IMG/VR virus record: IMGVR_UViG_3300030330_005082
Location: 6,769-70,768 of that record
Source: a virus
Taxonomy: Duplodnaviria > Caudoviricetes
Length of the DNA stretch: 64,000 nt
Reading direction: 5' to 3' (one strand)
The notes beneath the pieces were generated by a model. That model did not search any database, had not been told where the DNA came from, and saw only the letters and a program-made list of their open reading frames with translations. Numbering within the stretch: position 1 is the stretch's first letter; every line of letters starts with the position of its first letter. Both the position numbers and the translations under genes were made by a program. This document shows, piece after piece, positions 1 to 8,997 of the stretch.

Positions 1-274
1 CTTTGCCGAGTTCAATAGCAGAACGACCGAAACCCTTAATCGGTTCTTTAATATAATCTTCTACTTGTCGAGGTAGTTGACGTGCAGCCTTGGAACCAAA
101 ATCTTCACGCTCGTCGATTGCTGCCTTGTAGGCCATTTCCTGTTCCGTAGACATGCCAGCAGGCATCCGAAACCCACGATACATCTTGCGTTCTTCAGGC
201 AAAACAAACTCGCGACTCGCAGGCATGGAGTCCATTAGAGTTTGATCATCAATCATTTCATCGGGTGTAGCCAT
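1..274 (-). CDS. Hypothetical protein, N-terminal part (runs off the left edge)
   Basis: Manual translation: ATG at 274, open to position 2 (MATPDEMIDDQTLMDSMPASREF...); same strand and tight spacing as the neighbouring operon. Confidence 0.6.
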   Translation of the reverse strand, partial: MATPDEMIDDQTLMDSMPASREFVLPEERKMYRGFRMPAGMSTEQEMAYKAAIDEREDFGSKAARQLPRQVEDYIKEPIKGFGRSAIELGK

Positions 275-302
275 TATGTGGTTCCTTTATTCGACATACC
301 GT

Positions 303-1088
303 TTATGGGTTGAGTGGGTCAAAATATCTATAGTCGCCATAAATTTTTGAAGTATCTGGATCTGGTTCCATGCGAATCGCGTCACCTTCTTCATCAACGT
401 AGTACGAACTCAGGTTTCCGTCATCGTCTTGAAACATCATGTTTCTGCCGTCACCCGTATCCAAAGACTCCACAAGTCTTAGGTTTTCCTGTGCATCAGC
501 AAAGTCTGATTGTACCGCGTCGAAAATTTCAGACGGGTCGTCCGTGTCGTAAAACTTGCCTTGGTCCTGGGCTGCTTCTCTCAAAGCGCGTGCTCTTTGA
601 GTAATAGCATCGAGCATTCCTGATTCGCTTTTTTCAATGATATCCATCAATTCTTCGATCATTTTCGAAGTTTCACGACCATATTCACCGGCATCTTCTT
701 CCCGGTAAAACGGATCCACTAATAGATCCGAAGACGACATAGGGTCAATTGGTGGCATGTAGGTGATTGTAGGCTTTTTTTCCCTCACAGGCGGCGTGTA
801 GCCCTGCCTGCCTCCCAAGGGGATGATAAACTCAGGCCCCTCGTCTGGAATCACCCGAATACCATCCGCAGTGATTTCTGTGACCTCGCCCTCGGGCAAT
901 GAGTCACCAACACTGATTTTTCTCGTAGATGGGTCAGATCCAGGCGCACCATAACCAAACTCAGTCTCAATCAACGCAAACTGCTCATCAATGTCACCGC
1001 CCTTCGGATCAACACCAGTGACCCGATAAGTAGGCTTACGCTGCTCAGATTGCATCGATTTAGATAAAATTTGGTCGTCTGATGCCAT
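303..1088 (-). CDS. Hypothetical protein with N-terminal T2SS GspC-HR/PilP-like beta domain
   Basis: 261 aa; YRVTGV...FALIE...ISVGDSLPEGEVTEITADGIRV matches the GspC/PilP pattern by eye; acidic C-terminus. CDS well supported, domain call tentative. Confidence 0.7.
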   Translation of the reverse strand: MASDDQILSKSMQSEQRKPTYRVTGVDPKGGDIDEQFALIETEFGYGAPGSDPSTRKISVGDSLPEGEVTEITADGIRVIPDEGPEFIIPLGGRQGYTPPVREKKPTITYMPPIDPMSSSDLLVDPFYREEDAGEYGRETSKMIEELMDIIEKSESGMLDAITQRARALREAAQDQGKFYDTDDPSEIFDAVQSDFADAQENLRLVESLDTGDGRNMMFQDDDGNLSSYYVDEEGDAIRMEPDPDTSKIYGDYRYFDPLNP

Positions 1089-1093
1089 GATTA

Positions 1094-1723
1094 CTAACCT
1101 TGAGGGTTTGGGTCTACGCTGGTGTCAATGTCTTTGCCTTTACCATATAAGTCACCACTGAGAGAGTAAGCAGACCGATCCAAACGAGCCTGTGTACGCT
1201 TCTTTCGGTCCTCAATCTTCTGGTTCAGCATATCTTGACGCTGCTTTGCTGCAATCTGTTCTGCCTGACTCAGATCTACAGACTTTTCACGCAAACCTTT
1301 CGCACGATCGGTCAACTTTGCCTGACGATATACATTGCCACGCTCAGCAGCAATGTCAGCCTTGTCCATCAAACCTTTAGAACGCTCTGCCACTCGACCA
1401 CTTTTTGGCAACTTCGCTTCTTTTCCAGTGGGTATTCCAGACTCCATTTTCGCTTGCTTTACGTCAGCAGATGCATCCAACGCTTTTTGAGCACTTTGCG
1501 TAACAGCCGCAATCATCTGATTCCTCATGTCTGCTTTCTGTTGGGCACTCACTGAGCGTGCAGCAGCAGAACGAGCACGATTTCGGTCAATCGCGGCCTT
1601 GCGCTCATCATCAATCTCTTCATCCAATGCTCTCTTGATTGAACTCTCGTCCAAACCGGCACCACTGCTATTGATGTTCGCACCAACACGGGCCAACTCT
1701 TCACTGCTCATTCCGTATGCCAT
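1094..1723 (-). CDS. Hypothetical coiled-coil protein
   Basis: 209 aa, Ala/Lys/Arg/Gln-rich helical; tightly packed in the operon. Confidence 0.75.
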   Translation of the reverse strand: MAYGMSSEELARVGANINSSGAGLDESSIKRALDEEIDDERKAAIDRNRARSAAARSVSAQQKADMRNQMIAAVTQSAQKALDASADVKQAKMESGIPTGKEAKLPKSGRVAERSKGLMDKADIAAERGNVYRQAKLTDRAKGLREKSVDLSQAEQIAAKQRQDMLNQKIEDRKKRTQARLDRSAYSLSGDLYGKGKDIDTSVDPNPQG

Positions 1724-2877
1724 TATTCAAACCTCATCATATTCGTTAAATAATCATCTGTTAAATCTTGTCGCTCGTCAAAACGTCTTTCAGGAACCCT
1801 TCGACGACCCTTGGGTGTGTCCTCAATAGGCATCTCAAACTCATCAAAAGACGAAGTCGGTTTTGGTCGAGGCTCTGGTGCCGGTGCGGGCGGTACAGGC
1901 GGCACAGCTTTAACCTCTTGTGCAGGTTTATACTTCGATGCTTCCTTCGCAGCTTTGTAACCCTCAATAATGTCTCGGGCCGTAAAGTCGGGGATCAAGT
2001 CAGGCTTCATGTCGGACTTAGGTACATTGTAATACATCACACCAGTGTCAGATGTAGAGTTATACCCCTTACGACGTAAAGGTGTGCGTCCCTCCATGTC
2101 GTCTGGAGTTAAAAGTTTCATAGCCAACGACGGCAGCGTGCGTGTCTCGTAAATGTGGGGGTCTAACCCAGCACGATGCTTTTCCCTGTCGAAACCAGCA
2201 TGAGCCTCATACTCGATAGGTTTATTGGGGTCGGAATAAAATACGATAGGAATAGATTTTGTTTCCGGTTCCCTTTCATCAACGCGAACAGGTCCGTCAG
2301 CCGTCATTTCAAATGTACCAAACGAATCCTTATCGGGCTGATACTGCTGAGAAGCACCTAACACGACAAAAAACCCATTACCCAAGTGGTGAACAGGAAA
2401 TGTTGGCTCGAATAAAATTTGAGACTCAATAGCTTTTTTGTGGGCTGCAGCGGCTTCGGGTCTCATAACTCGTCTATAATTGACTCCTTTATCAAGCATA
2501 TCGTTATAACCGGGAAAATTATCTTTAGAGAACTCGTCGTTATACCTATCTTCGAAGACACCTCTGTCACCATAGCGGATTCTGTCCTTTTCCCACCTTT
2601 CCCGAGCATCAATGTCATCTTTCCCCTCCACTGTTTTGTCGAGCAAAAATTTTGAGATATCTTCCTCTGGAACAAGAACAACTTCCTGACCCGTAGGTAG
2701 TGTAAAAATCTGACCCGTAGGAAACTGGAAAGCATCAGGAGACCGCTTATATTGACGGAAATTAATTTGCTTCGTAAGGTTTTTAAAAGTTGGCATGGCG
2801 CCCTTAATGGTTGCGCCCTCCATCTCAATCTCAGAACGCATTGACTGAGATAGTTCATCATCAAGACGATCAGACAT
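1723..2877 (-). CDS. Hypothetical protein
   Basis: 384-aa ORF, 1-bp overlap with the next gene, Pro-rich linker near the C-terminus. Confidence 0.8.
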   Translation of the reverse strand: MSDRLDDELSQSMRSEIEMEGATIKGAMPTFKNLTKQINFRQYKRSPDAFQFPTGQIFTLPTGQEVVLVPEEDISKFLLDKTVEGKDDIDARERWEKDRIRYGDRGVFEDRYNDEFSKDNFPGYNDMLDKGVNYRRVMRPEAAAAHKKAIESQILFEPTFPVHHLGNGFFVVLGASQQYQPDKDSFGTFEMTADGPVRVDEREPETKSIPIVFYSDPNKPIEYEAHAGFDREKHRAGLDPHIYETRTLPSLAMKLLTPDDMEGRTPLRRKGYNSTSDTGVMYYNVPKSDMKPDLIPDFTARDIIEGYKAAKEASKYKPAQEVKAVPPVPPAPAPEPRPKPTSSFDEFEMPIEDTPKGRRRVPERRFDERQDLTDDYLTNMMRFE

Positions 2878-2903
2878 AGATCAACCTCTCATTCCGTATG
2901 GCA

Positions 2904-3134
2904 TTACTTCTTCCTCATGTTTTTCTTGAGAGTCTTGTCGTCCTTCTTGCCCTCACGGCGAATCTTAGCCGCCTCTTTCTTGCCAAAGTCACTCTTGACT
3001 CGAGCCATAGCCCACGCATGCTGCGAAGTCTTGGGACGGTTGCCTGAACTCATGTACGCAGCCAGTCCACGCTTGTAGACCTTCTTCTCCGCTGCATCCA
3101 AACCAGCCATACCGCCTTTTTTCTTCTTGCTCAT
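2904..3134 (-). CDS. Small basic protein, DUF5824-like
   Basis: KVYKRGLAAYMSSGNRPKTSQHAWAMARV resembles the RGLAAW..GHRPG...WG.ARV motif of marine phage/prasinovirus proteins (recalled, not searched). Confidence 0.65.
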   Translation of the reverse strand: MSKKKKGGMAGLDAAEKKVYKRGLAAYMSSGNRPKTSQHAWAMARVKSDFGKKEAAKIRREGKKDDKTLKKNMRKK

Positions 3135-3340
3135 ATCGAGTCCCGCTCCTTCATCAATCGATCCAGCTTCTTCTTGGTCGCTGCAGAATACGGCTGCTTC
3201 TCAGTTTCATAAATATGCGCAATCTTGTCCATCAACTTCTTGCGACGACCAACATCAGATGAACCCTTCGTGTACTTCGATGGATACTTCTTCTTCTTTG
3301 GCCGCATGTTCTTGGCCAACTTCTTGTCCGTCTTGTCCAC
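3131..3340 (-). CDS. Small basic hypothetical protein
   Basis: 69 aa, Lys-rich; 4-bp overlap with the next gene. Confidence 0.65.
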   Translation of the reverse strand: MDKTDKKLAKNMRPKKKKYPSKYTKGSSDVGRRKKLMDKIAHIYETEKQPYSAATKKKLDRLMKERDSI

Positions 3341-3341
3341 G

Positions 3342-3632
3342 CTAGTAACCTTCCATCTTGTAACCAGGGTTCTTCGTCCGCTTCATGTCTTTCGTTACCT
3401 TCGACATGGTTTCAGCGTCCTTTGCATGCATTTTAGAAGCAGCAGCCAATTCAGCGGACTGCTTACCATGCATCTTAGATGCCTTCGCCAAAGCTTTCGA
3501 CTGACCCGCATGTAACTTAGAAGCCTTTTTAAGATTAGAAGTCACCTTCTTCATCGCACGCTTGGGATCTTTCGAACCATTACCTGGGTTGTGAGCCAAC
3601 GTCTTATCGTCATCATCAAGTTTGTACTGCAT
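3342..3632 (-). CDS. Small basic protein with three 14-aa His-containing repeats
   Basis: LKKASKLHAGQSKA/LAKASKMHGKQSAE/LAAASKMHAKDAET; start chosen at ATG 3632. Confidence 0.7.
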   Translation of the reverse strand: MQYKLDDDDKTLAHNPGNGSKDPKRAMKKVTSNLKKASKLHAGQSKALAKASKMHGKQSAELAAASKMHAKDAETMSKVTKDMKRTKNPGYKMEGY

Positions 3633-3637
3633 ATCAA

Positions 3638-3898
3638 TTACCACTTCTTGCAAGACCAATACTTGGCCATCAACTTATCATCAGCATCGAGCTTGTCACA
3701 CCCATGCCTCGCTCGAAAACTCTTGCGACGTGCCGGATTGTCACGCTTAATCTCCATATTCGCATCGCCATAACGAATGGTTTTCTCTTTATCGCCCTTC
3801 TTTGCACGTACTACGAACTTCTTTCGGCCATAACCAGGCTCACCCTTCTTAATACGCCTTGGACTGTTTACCTTAGTAGGTGTTCCCTTTCGAGCCAT
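3638..3898 (-). CDS. Conserved small basic virus protein
   Basis: IRYGDANMEIKRDNPARRKSFRARHGCD...KYWSCKKW motif, familiar from marine phage genomes. Confidence 0.8.
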   Translation of the reverse strand: MARKGTPTKVNSPRRIKKGEPGYGRKKFVVRAKKGDKEKTIRYGDANMEIKRDNPARRKSFRARHGCDKLDADDKLMAKYWSCKKW

Positions 3899-3899
3899 A

Positions 3900-4565
3900 T
3901 CAACCTCTCAATACACGACCAATGCCGTCCTTAGAATCATAAATATACTTCACTTGACCCATTTCAGGGGAATCTACAGAAAATACAACATAACCATCTG
4001 CCTCTCCCTCCATCACAGAAGCTACATCACGACCAAACTGCTCTTCCATCGCTGACATCGCATCACTCACCGGATCAGACATGCTCATGCCGTCCATCGA
4101 CATACGCAACATTTCGTCCATATCTACGTTCATTTGGTCGTCTTGACGTGCCAACTCCATTGCAATCGGATCACCACCATACTTCTTCATTTCTGCATAG
4201 TCCTGTTTGAACCTAGACAATGAAGCAGGCATACCGTCTTCACCCATCTCCGCAGCAACCATCTGACGAATCATGTTCAACTCCTCATCAGATACACCCA
4301 TCGCTTTCGCATACCGACCCGCACTCGATGGATCAAACAATGATGAACCAGGACCATCCTCCATGTGCTCATACAACACCATGTCAGGACCACGCTCAAT
4401 CATCGGACCAGAATACTCTTCCAACATTGTCTTCGGACACGGCTTCTTACCACCAACCATCTTCTCAGAATGACGTGCTATGTCCCGTAAACGATCGTTC
4501 TCAACTTCCTTCTCTGATCGAGTGTCAATCTCCAAGACCAAAACTGGTGATTCCTTACCATGCAT
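3900..4565 (-). CDS. Hypothetical acidic, Met-rich protein
   Basis: ATG 4565 preceded by AGGAGA RBS. Confidence 0.75.
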   Translation of the reverse strand: MHGKESPVLVLEIDTRSEKEVENDRLRDIARHSEKMVGGKKPCPKTMLEEYSGPMIERGPDMVLYEHMEDGPGSSLFDPSSAGRYAKAMGVSDEELNMIRQMVAAEMGEDGMPASLSRFKQDYAEMKKYGGDPIAMELARQDDQMNVDMDEMLRMSMDGMSMSDPVSDAMSAMEEQFGRDVASVMEGEADGYVVFSVDSPEMGQVKYIYDSKDGIGRVLRG

Positions 4566-4603
4566 AGCTTTCTCCTGAAGCAATAATACATCTTAAATAA
4601 CAT

Positions 4604-4643
4604 AAAAAAAAGCCCCCGACCGCACAGAGAAACGATCGGAGGC
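4604..4643 (-). terminator. Intrinsic terminator downstream of rusA
   Basis: Minus strand GCCTCCGATCG-N10-CGGTCGGGGGC (11 bp including two G-U pairs) followed by T8. Confidence 0.8.
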
Positions 4644-4730
4644 AAGAGAAACAACACTAATGTGAAGGCTAACCACCTTTTCACCAATACAGACACCACT
4701 CCATATCAATAGACAATTAGCAAAAACAAT

Positions 4731-5177
4731 CTACTTCGCAGGACCAAGACCGTCAATAGAAGCCAACGTTACCTCAACACATGGACCCTCATCCTTCGAT
4801 GCATATACAGACTTGGCTGATAAGAATACAACCTGTGTGTCATCCCGAATAACACCTGCCATAACCAGCGAATCCAGAACAGATTTACAAACATTGTCTA
4901 TGTCTGGCTTACTGCTGTGCCAAATCCTGTGATCTGGATCCTTCTTCCGTAACAATCTCTTCGGTCTCGGAAACACTGCAGTAATCTTTGCCTTACACAA
5001 ACTCTCACTCGGCGGTGACATCCATGCATTCCGCATGATCAATGCACTGCTCCTCTCCCAATCTGCTGTACGCTTCGGTGTGTACAAACGAACATGATTA
5101 CCCATCTTCGCTGCCCTTGGTCTACCCTTGCCAATCGGAGCACCAGGTATCACACAATCAAACTGCCATTCCTGCAT
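4731..5177 (-). CDS. rusA: Holliday junction resolvase, RusA family
   Basis: GAPIGKGRPR N-terminal motif and KPDIDNVCKSVLDSL...IRDDTQV catalytic Asp motif. Confidence 0.92.
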   Translation of the reverse strand: MQEWQFDCVIPGAPIGKGRPRAAKMGNHVRLYTPKRTADWERSSALIMRNAWMSPPSESLCKAKITAVFPRPKRLLRKKDPDHRIWHSSKPDIDNVCKSVLDSLVMAGVIRDDTQVVFLSAKSVYASKDEGPCVEVTLASIDGLGPAK

Positions 5178-5538
5178 CTTCCATTTCCTTCTTCAATATC
5201 TTCATCGAATCCCGTAACTCATACATGCTCTTTGGATAATCAAGATTATCTTCCGTTGTTCCCATTGAAAGACAGACTTGATCTACCTTATGTACAAGCA
5301 TATCCAACATCTGTGGTCTACGAACAACAGTCTCCAATGAATCAAATGCCCATGGCATATCCAACTGTGATGGAACCTGTTTCATCCACCACTCACAATC
5401 CAGCAACCATGTGTCATTGGCTAACGCCATACGTGAAAGCCAGTAGTACCAATCACTGATTGCTAACCTGAGCTTACGTTCTACATGCTTACAAGAATTA
5501 GCTACCCTTGGATCTAAGTCTCTGTTGGCTATCTCCAC
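5158..5538 (-). CDS. Hypothetical protein
   Basis: 126 aa, overlaps both neighbours in the operon. Confidence 0.7.
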   Translation of the reverse strand: MEIANRDLDPRVANSCKHVERKLRLAISDWYYWLSRMALANDTWLLDCEWWMKQVPSQLDMPWAFDSLETVVRRPQMLDMLVHKVDQVCLSMGTTEDNLDYPKSMYELRDSMKILKKEMEDAGMAV

Positions 5539-6509
5539 ATCCTACCTCTGCTACTCTTAATGAACTTCTGAAAACGTACTGGATCACCACCATACCACTC
5601 TGACCAATACACACAACCCAAGTACCACTCAGCCTCCTGTGGTGTAACTGCTATCCACCGAGTTGTAGGATGTTCCCTGATATGACGTACTGAGTCTGGT
5701 ACTTGTACACCATCATCCATCAAACGAAAGCATCTTTTCCAAAACGGTATGAACTTCTTGGCTCTACGTTTGTACATCTTGTAGATACGTCCTGTACCCA
5801 TCATGTTCTTTACTTCAGTCCTTCTCCACCAAACCCACTCTGCATATCGCATACATTTCAATGCTTGAACTACATTCATCTCATGACTGCAGTGTTTCAT
5901 TGCATATCGATGCATTACCTTAAATGCACACCATGATGCTGCCACCCTGTATGGAGCACATGCATAGATCTTGTGCTTTGGATGTATTGGACACAACTGC
6001 TCCATCAGTCTTTTGAATGCATGTGTCCAGTAACGAAAAGCAATGACGACAGCCCTACCCTTCGGATCAACAACTGCAAACCAAGTCTTGCTACGACGTA
6101 CCTTCCATTTGTGGCTCTCGATAGCACTACGTCTAAGTTGTTCAAGTTCTTCTTTATATTCAATCTGATCAATCTTCTTTGAGATGAACACTTTATCTTG
6201 CATCGGTCGAAGTACATCTACCAGATCCTCCTCTAAACCAATCCGTCTACAAACAATGTCTCCTGGTGCAAACCAGTGCATTGCTTTGCCTCTGCATTTC
6301 TTGACTTCTTTGAAGATCAACTCATCATCGTACTTCACACCAAGAGCATCACGATATTCGTCTACCATCTGGCCGTATACAGAAGACTCGTCTACCCCAT
6401 TGACTCCACTCAATGGATAGAACTGTGTGAGTACCATGTACTCCTTTAATGGTATTGAGTGTCTTTCCATATCCAGTGAAATGGTGAGAATGTCATGATC
6501 CTCAACCAC
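5529..6509 (-). CDS. Hypothetical protein (Trp/Arg-rich C-terminal half)
   Basis: 326-aa ORF, GTG start. Confidence 0.75.
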   Translation of the reverse strand: MVEDHDILTISLDMERHSIPLKEYMVLTQFYPLSGVNGVDESSVYGQMVDEYRDALGVKYDDELIFKEVKKCRGKAMHWFAPGDIVCRRIGLEEDLVDVLRPMQDKVFISKKIDQIEYKEELEQLRRSAIESHKWKVRRSKTWFAVVDPKGRAVVIAFRYWTHAFKRLMEQLCPIHPKHKIYACAPYRVAASWCAFKVMHRYAMKHCSHEMNVVQALKCMRYAEWVWWRRTEVKNMMGTGRIYKMYKRRAKKFIPFWKRCFRLMDDGVQVPDSVRHIREHPTTRWIAVTPQEAEWYLGCVYWSEWYGGDPVRFQKFIKSSRGRMWR

Positions 6510-6757
6510 ATAACGCTATCCTTAAAATCTAATCTTGCCCAAACTGACAAGTGCCCATCATCATCCTGTGATCCCATTGGTTCTCCAACCATCATGCTTG
6601 GATACAGATCATCCAAGTAAGAACACATGGAATACCATGCACCTTCGAAGAACCACTCTGTGTCTTGTGAGAATTGTACATCGTCCAATGGAAATAGACC
6701 CAACTCATGGTCATCTTCCGTATCGACAACTACAAACTCGTCACTTTCGTAACTCAC
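6446..6757 (-). CDS. Hypothetical acidic protein
   Basis: 103 aa, GGAGG upstream, GTGA-coupled to the upstream ORF; 64-bp overlap with the downstream gene. Confidence 0.5.
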   Translation of the reverse strand: MSYESDEFVVVDTEDDHELGLFPLDDVQFSQDTEWFFEGAWYSMCSYLDDLYPSMMVGEPMGSQDDDGHLSVWARLDFKDSVMWLRIMTFSPFHWIWKDTQYH

Positions 6758-6906
6758 AAACTGATACCTCCAGACTGTCTGTTATCTACATAATACACCA
6801 GAAAGAACAAACACCACCAAGATGGGTAACACAGCGTGATAGGGCACATTTCCCCCAGGATTGGATGGGCTACACCGTCAAGACCGAACTTCATGTAATG
6901 GTTCAT
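6754..6906 (-). CDS. Small hypothetical protein
   Basis: ATG 6906 preceded by the CATGGAGAA leader shared with the early genes; 50 aa. Confidence 0.4.
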   Translation of the reverse strand: MNHYMKFGLDGVAHPILGEMCPITLCYPSWWCLFFLVYYVDNRQSGGISL

Positions 6907-6997
6907 GGTTTGGGTTCTCCATGGAGTCAACGTCAATAGATGGGTTCATGCGTTGCATGATAGGTATTGATTGGAAATAACTGCAGTATTTTTTATT

Positions 6998-7027
6998 TTG
7001 TTCACCCATAGCACCACAAGCTATGAT
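6998..7027 (+). promoter_or_regulatory. Putative sigma70-type early promoter
   Basis: TTGTTC-N18-TATGAT with an AT-rich upstream tract, in the divergent intergenic region. Confidence 0.4.
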
Positions 7028-7078
7028 ATGCTTTTGGCAGGTCAGAAACCAAACAAACACTGGCCACATGGAGAGAAA

Positions 7079-7546
7079 ATGCAATACCCCGAAAAATGGA
7101 CACAAGAGCTTTTCGATGAGTTGGAGGCAGAAGGAACCTACTGGTCAAACCACAAACCACATGGAGAAAAAATGGACGATATCAAAAAACAGATAGAACC
7201 CTGGCTTGAGGCAATCCGAAAAGATGCAAAGGCACGGGCAGAAAAAATGAACGTCAAACGATACACATACCAACCCGGCAACGGAACACGATACGACTTG
7301 ATATATGGCAAGGTGCCCGCGAGCGTATACGGCACGACCGACAAACTGGTCGAGGCTCAAGGCGAACACACACAAACCATGCTCACCTGGATGAAAAGTG
7401 GCGGCAGTGGTGGCGGGACTATCGTATTCGACCTCGCACCATGCTCCGGCTATCTCGCTGAAAAGATGAACATCGGAACAGGTGATGCAGTTGCCCTGAT
7501 TCGATTCCTGCATGAACAAGGGGAAGCGGTCTACCTGGAAGAGTAG
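7079..7546 (+). CDS. Early hypothetical protein (alternative in-frame start at 7172)
   Basis: CATGGAGA leader before both ATG 7079 and ATG 7172. Confidence 0.7.
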   Translation: MQYPEKWTQELFDELEAEGTYWSNHKPHGEKMDDIKKQIEPWLEAIRKDAKARAEKMNVKRYTYQPGNGTRYDLIYGKVPASVYGTTDKLVEAQGEHTQTMLTWMKSGGSGGGTIVFDLAPCSGYLAEKMNIGTGDAVALIRFLHEQGEAVYLEE

Positions 7547-7613
7547 AAGGGAAACGGTTTGGGCATCCGTTCAAAATGCCCACTTTCAAACCACAAACAA
7601 ACATGGAGAAACA

Positions 7614-7907
7614 ATGTACAACGGGCACAAGAATTGGAACCACTGGAACGTATCGTTATGGCTGTTCAATGATGAAATGAACTACAAATACGTGAAAAAG
7701 GTTATCAAAAAAGAAACCCTGGACGAGTCCGCAAGAATACTCGCCCACATAATGAAAGGCTATCTGTATTCAGTCAAAAACGGAAGGTTCGTAACCTTCC
7801 ACCCAGGTTTGGACCTGGAAGGAAACGAAATAGAAGCCGAAACAACTCCAGACGGGGCACCATGGAGCAAGACAGCTATTCGTGCGGCATTGGTAGGTGT
7901 ACGATGA
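7614..7907 (+). CDS. Early phage protein, YNG..N...WNV.LW..ND family
   Basis: MYNGHKNWNHWNVSLWLFNDE motif common in phage early genes; GGAG RBS. Confidence 0.75.
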   Translation: MYNGHKNWNHWNVSLWLFNDEMNYKYVKKVIKKETLDESARILAHIMKGYLYSVKNGRFVTFHPGLDLEGNEIEAETTPDGAPWSKTAIRAALVGVR

Positions 7908-8116
7908 AACGCAAACCCGGAACACCCTATCGGCTCAGCTTTGTAGTTCGAACCGATGAAGATGCGAGTACGCTCCTCGATATGCTTGAGGAGTTCGCCG
8001 ACAGTCTGGTCGAGGAGTTAGAGCCGATTGAATACGAAACCGAAAGGTTCGACGTGATAACAACACCGTCAACCCGCGAGGGTGTCATGGTAGAAGTCTT
8101 GGAAGTGGAACTGTGA
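7904..8116 (+). CDS. Small acidic hypothetical protein
   Basis: ATGA-coupled start, 70 aa. Confidence 0.65.
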   Translation: MKRKPGTPYRLSFVVRTDEDASTLLDMLEEFADSLVEELEPIEYETERFDVITTPSTREGVMVEVLEVEL

Positions 8117-8185
8117 TTGACCCGTTTCTGGCTCAGTTCATCATGCTCGGCATCGTCGGCGCTATCGTCGCACACCAGTATCGTC

Positions 8186-8248
8186 ACCCGTAATGGGTGG
8201 CGGTAGCCTTGCCCTATCAGAAGGGAGCGCGGGCGCGCCCGCCCGCAT
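8186..8248 (+). repeat. Intergenic cassette copy 1 (hairpin, GCCCTATCA, CG-rich tract)
   Basis: CACCCG-taa-TGGGTG hairpin; GCCCTATCA 8211-8219; GCGCGGGCGCGCCCGCCCGCAT. Confidence 0.75.
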
Positions 8249-8265
8249 TAACTCACAAAAAGTCG

Positions 8266-8294
8266 TTGACACATAGAAACCAGTAGAGTAAATT
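8266..8294 (+). promoter_or_regulatory. sigma70-type promoter
   Basis: TTGACA(8266-8271)-N17-TAAATT(8289-8294) with upstream A-tract. Confidence 0.8.
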
Positions 8295-8333
8295 GTCTAC
8301 AGGGGATGAACCCCGAAACATGGAGAAACAAAC

Positions 8334-8924
8334 ATGACCACCAAACTAAAACAACTAACAGACTCAGTATCAACAGCAGGCGGGAGGTTTGCCCATATCC
8401 ACGGATACGTGGACAAAAAGGGTATTCGCTCGAAGATTGTAGAAATGCGAGTAGGGGCATCATACGGCTACCAACTGCAGCAGGCGATAGCACGCGCAGA
8501 AATGCTCAATGAAATCGCTATGGCTCGCAAGTATGCAATCAGTATCATTGAGGTACAGCAGGAGATAGCCGCCAGACTCGCATCGTGGAACCGTAGCCTT
8601 GAGGGTACACAGAAGAAACGTGCAGACTACACGACCAAACTCGGAACCACGAAGAGTGGTATCGGTGTGATTAAATGCAACAAGGACCAGACCAGCATCA
8701 TCATTTCGGGGTACAAGTTGTGGGTTCAATATGACAAGGAGACCTTACCCATAAACGATAGTGCGGAAGGGCTCGAGCGATTCAAGCGACATATTTACGG
8801 TTTCGTTGCATATCGGAACTACACCCTAACCCCTGACAACTTCGAAAAGGTATCCATCCAAGGCCTAACCTTGTACCCTTCGGACGTTTTCTCCATGCTG
8901 GAAGAGTTGCGCTCTGTAGCGTAA
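8334..8924 (+). CDS. Early hypothetical protein
   Basis: 196 aa, CATGGAGAAACAAACATG leader, directly after a promoter. Confidence 0.8.
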   Translation: MTTKLKQLTDSVSTAGGRFAHIHGYVDKKGIRSKIVEMRVGASYGYQLQQAIARAEMLNEIAMARKYAISIIEVQQEIAARLASWNRSLEGTQKKRADYTTKLGTTKSGIGVIKCNKDQTSIIISGYKLWVQYDKETLPINDSAEGLERFKRHIYGFVAYRNYTLTPDNFEKVSIQGLTLYPSDVFSMLEELRSVA

Positions 8925-8935
8925 CAACTCCAGTC

Positions 8936-8965
8936 GGGCCGAGGGTAGTGGTTTGCCCTCGGCCC
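8936..8965 (+). terminator. Strong intergenic hairpin (terminator or processing site)
   Basis: GGGCCGAGGG-N10-CCCTCGGCCC perfect 10-bp stem; only a short T run follows. Confidence 0.5.
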
Positions 8966-8997
8966 ACTTTCCAAACCACAACAAAAGGACACTAAAA

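Noticed and set aside
6837-6845. GCCCTATCA on the minus strand
   Set aside because: No CG tract or hairpin follows; one extra 9-mer hit in 128 kb of both strands is near chance (about 0.5 expected).
8211-8220. CCCTATCAG resembles a tetO half-site
   Set aside because: No second half-site or palindrome in any copy, and no TetR-family gene was recognised.
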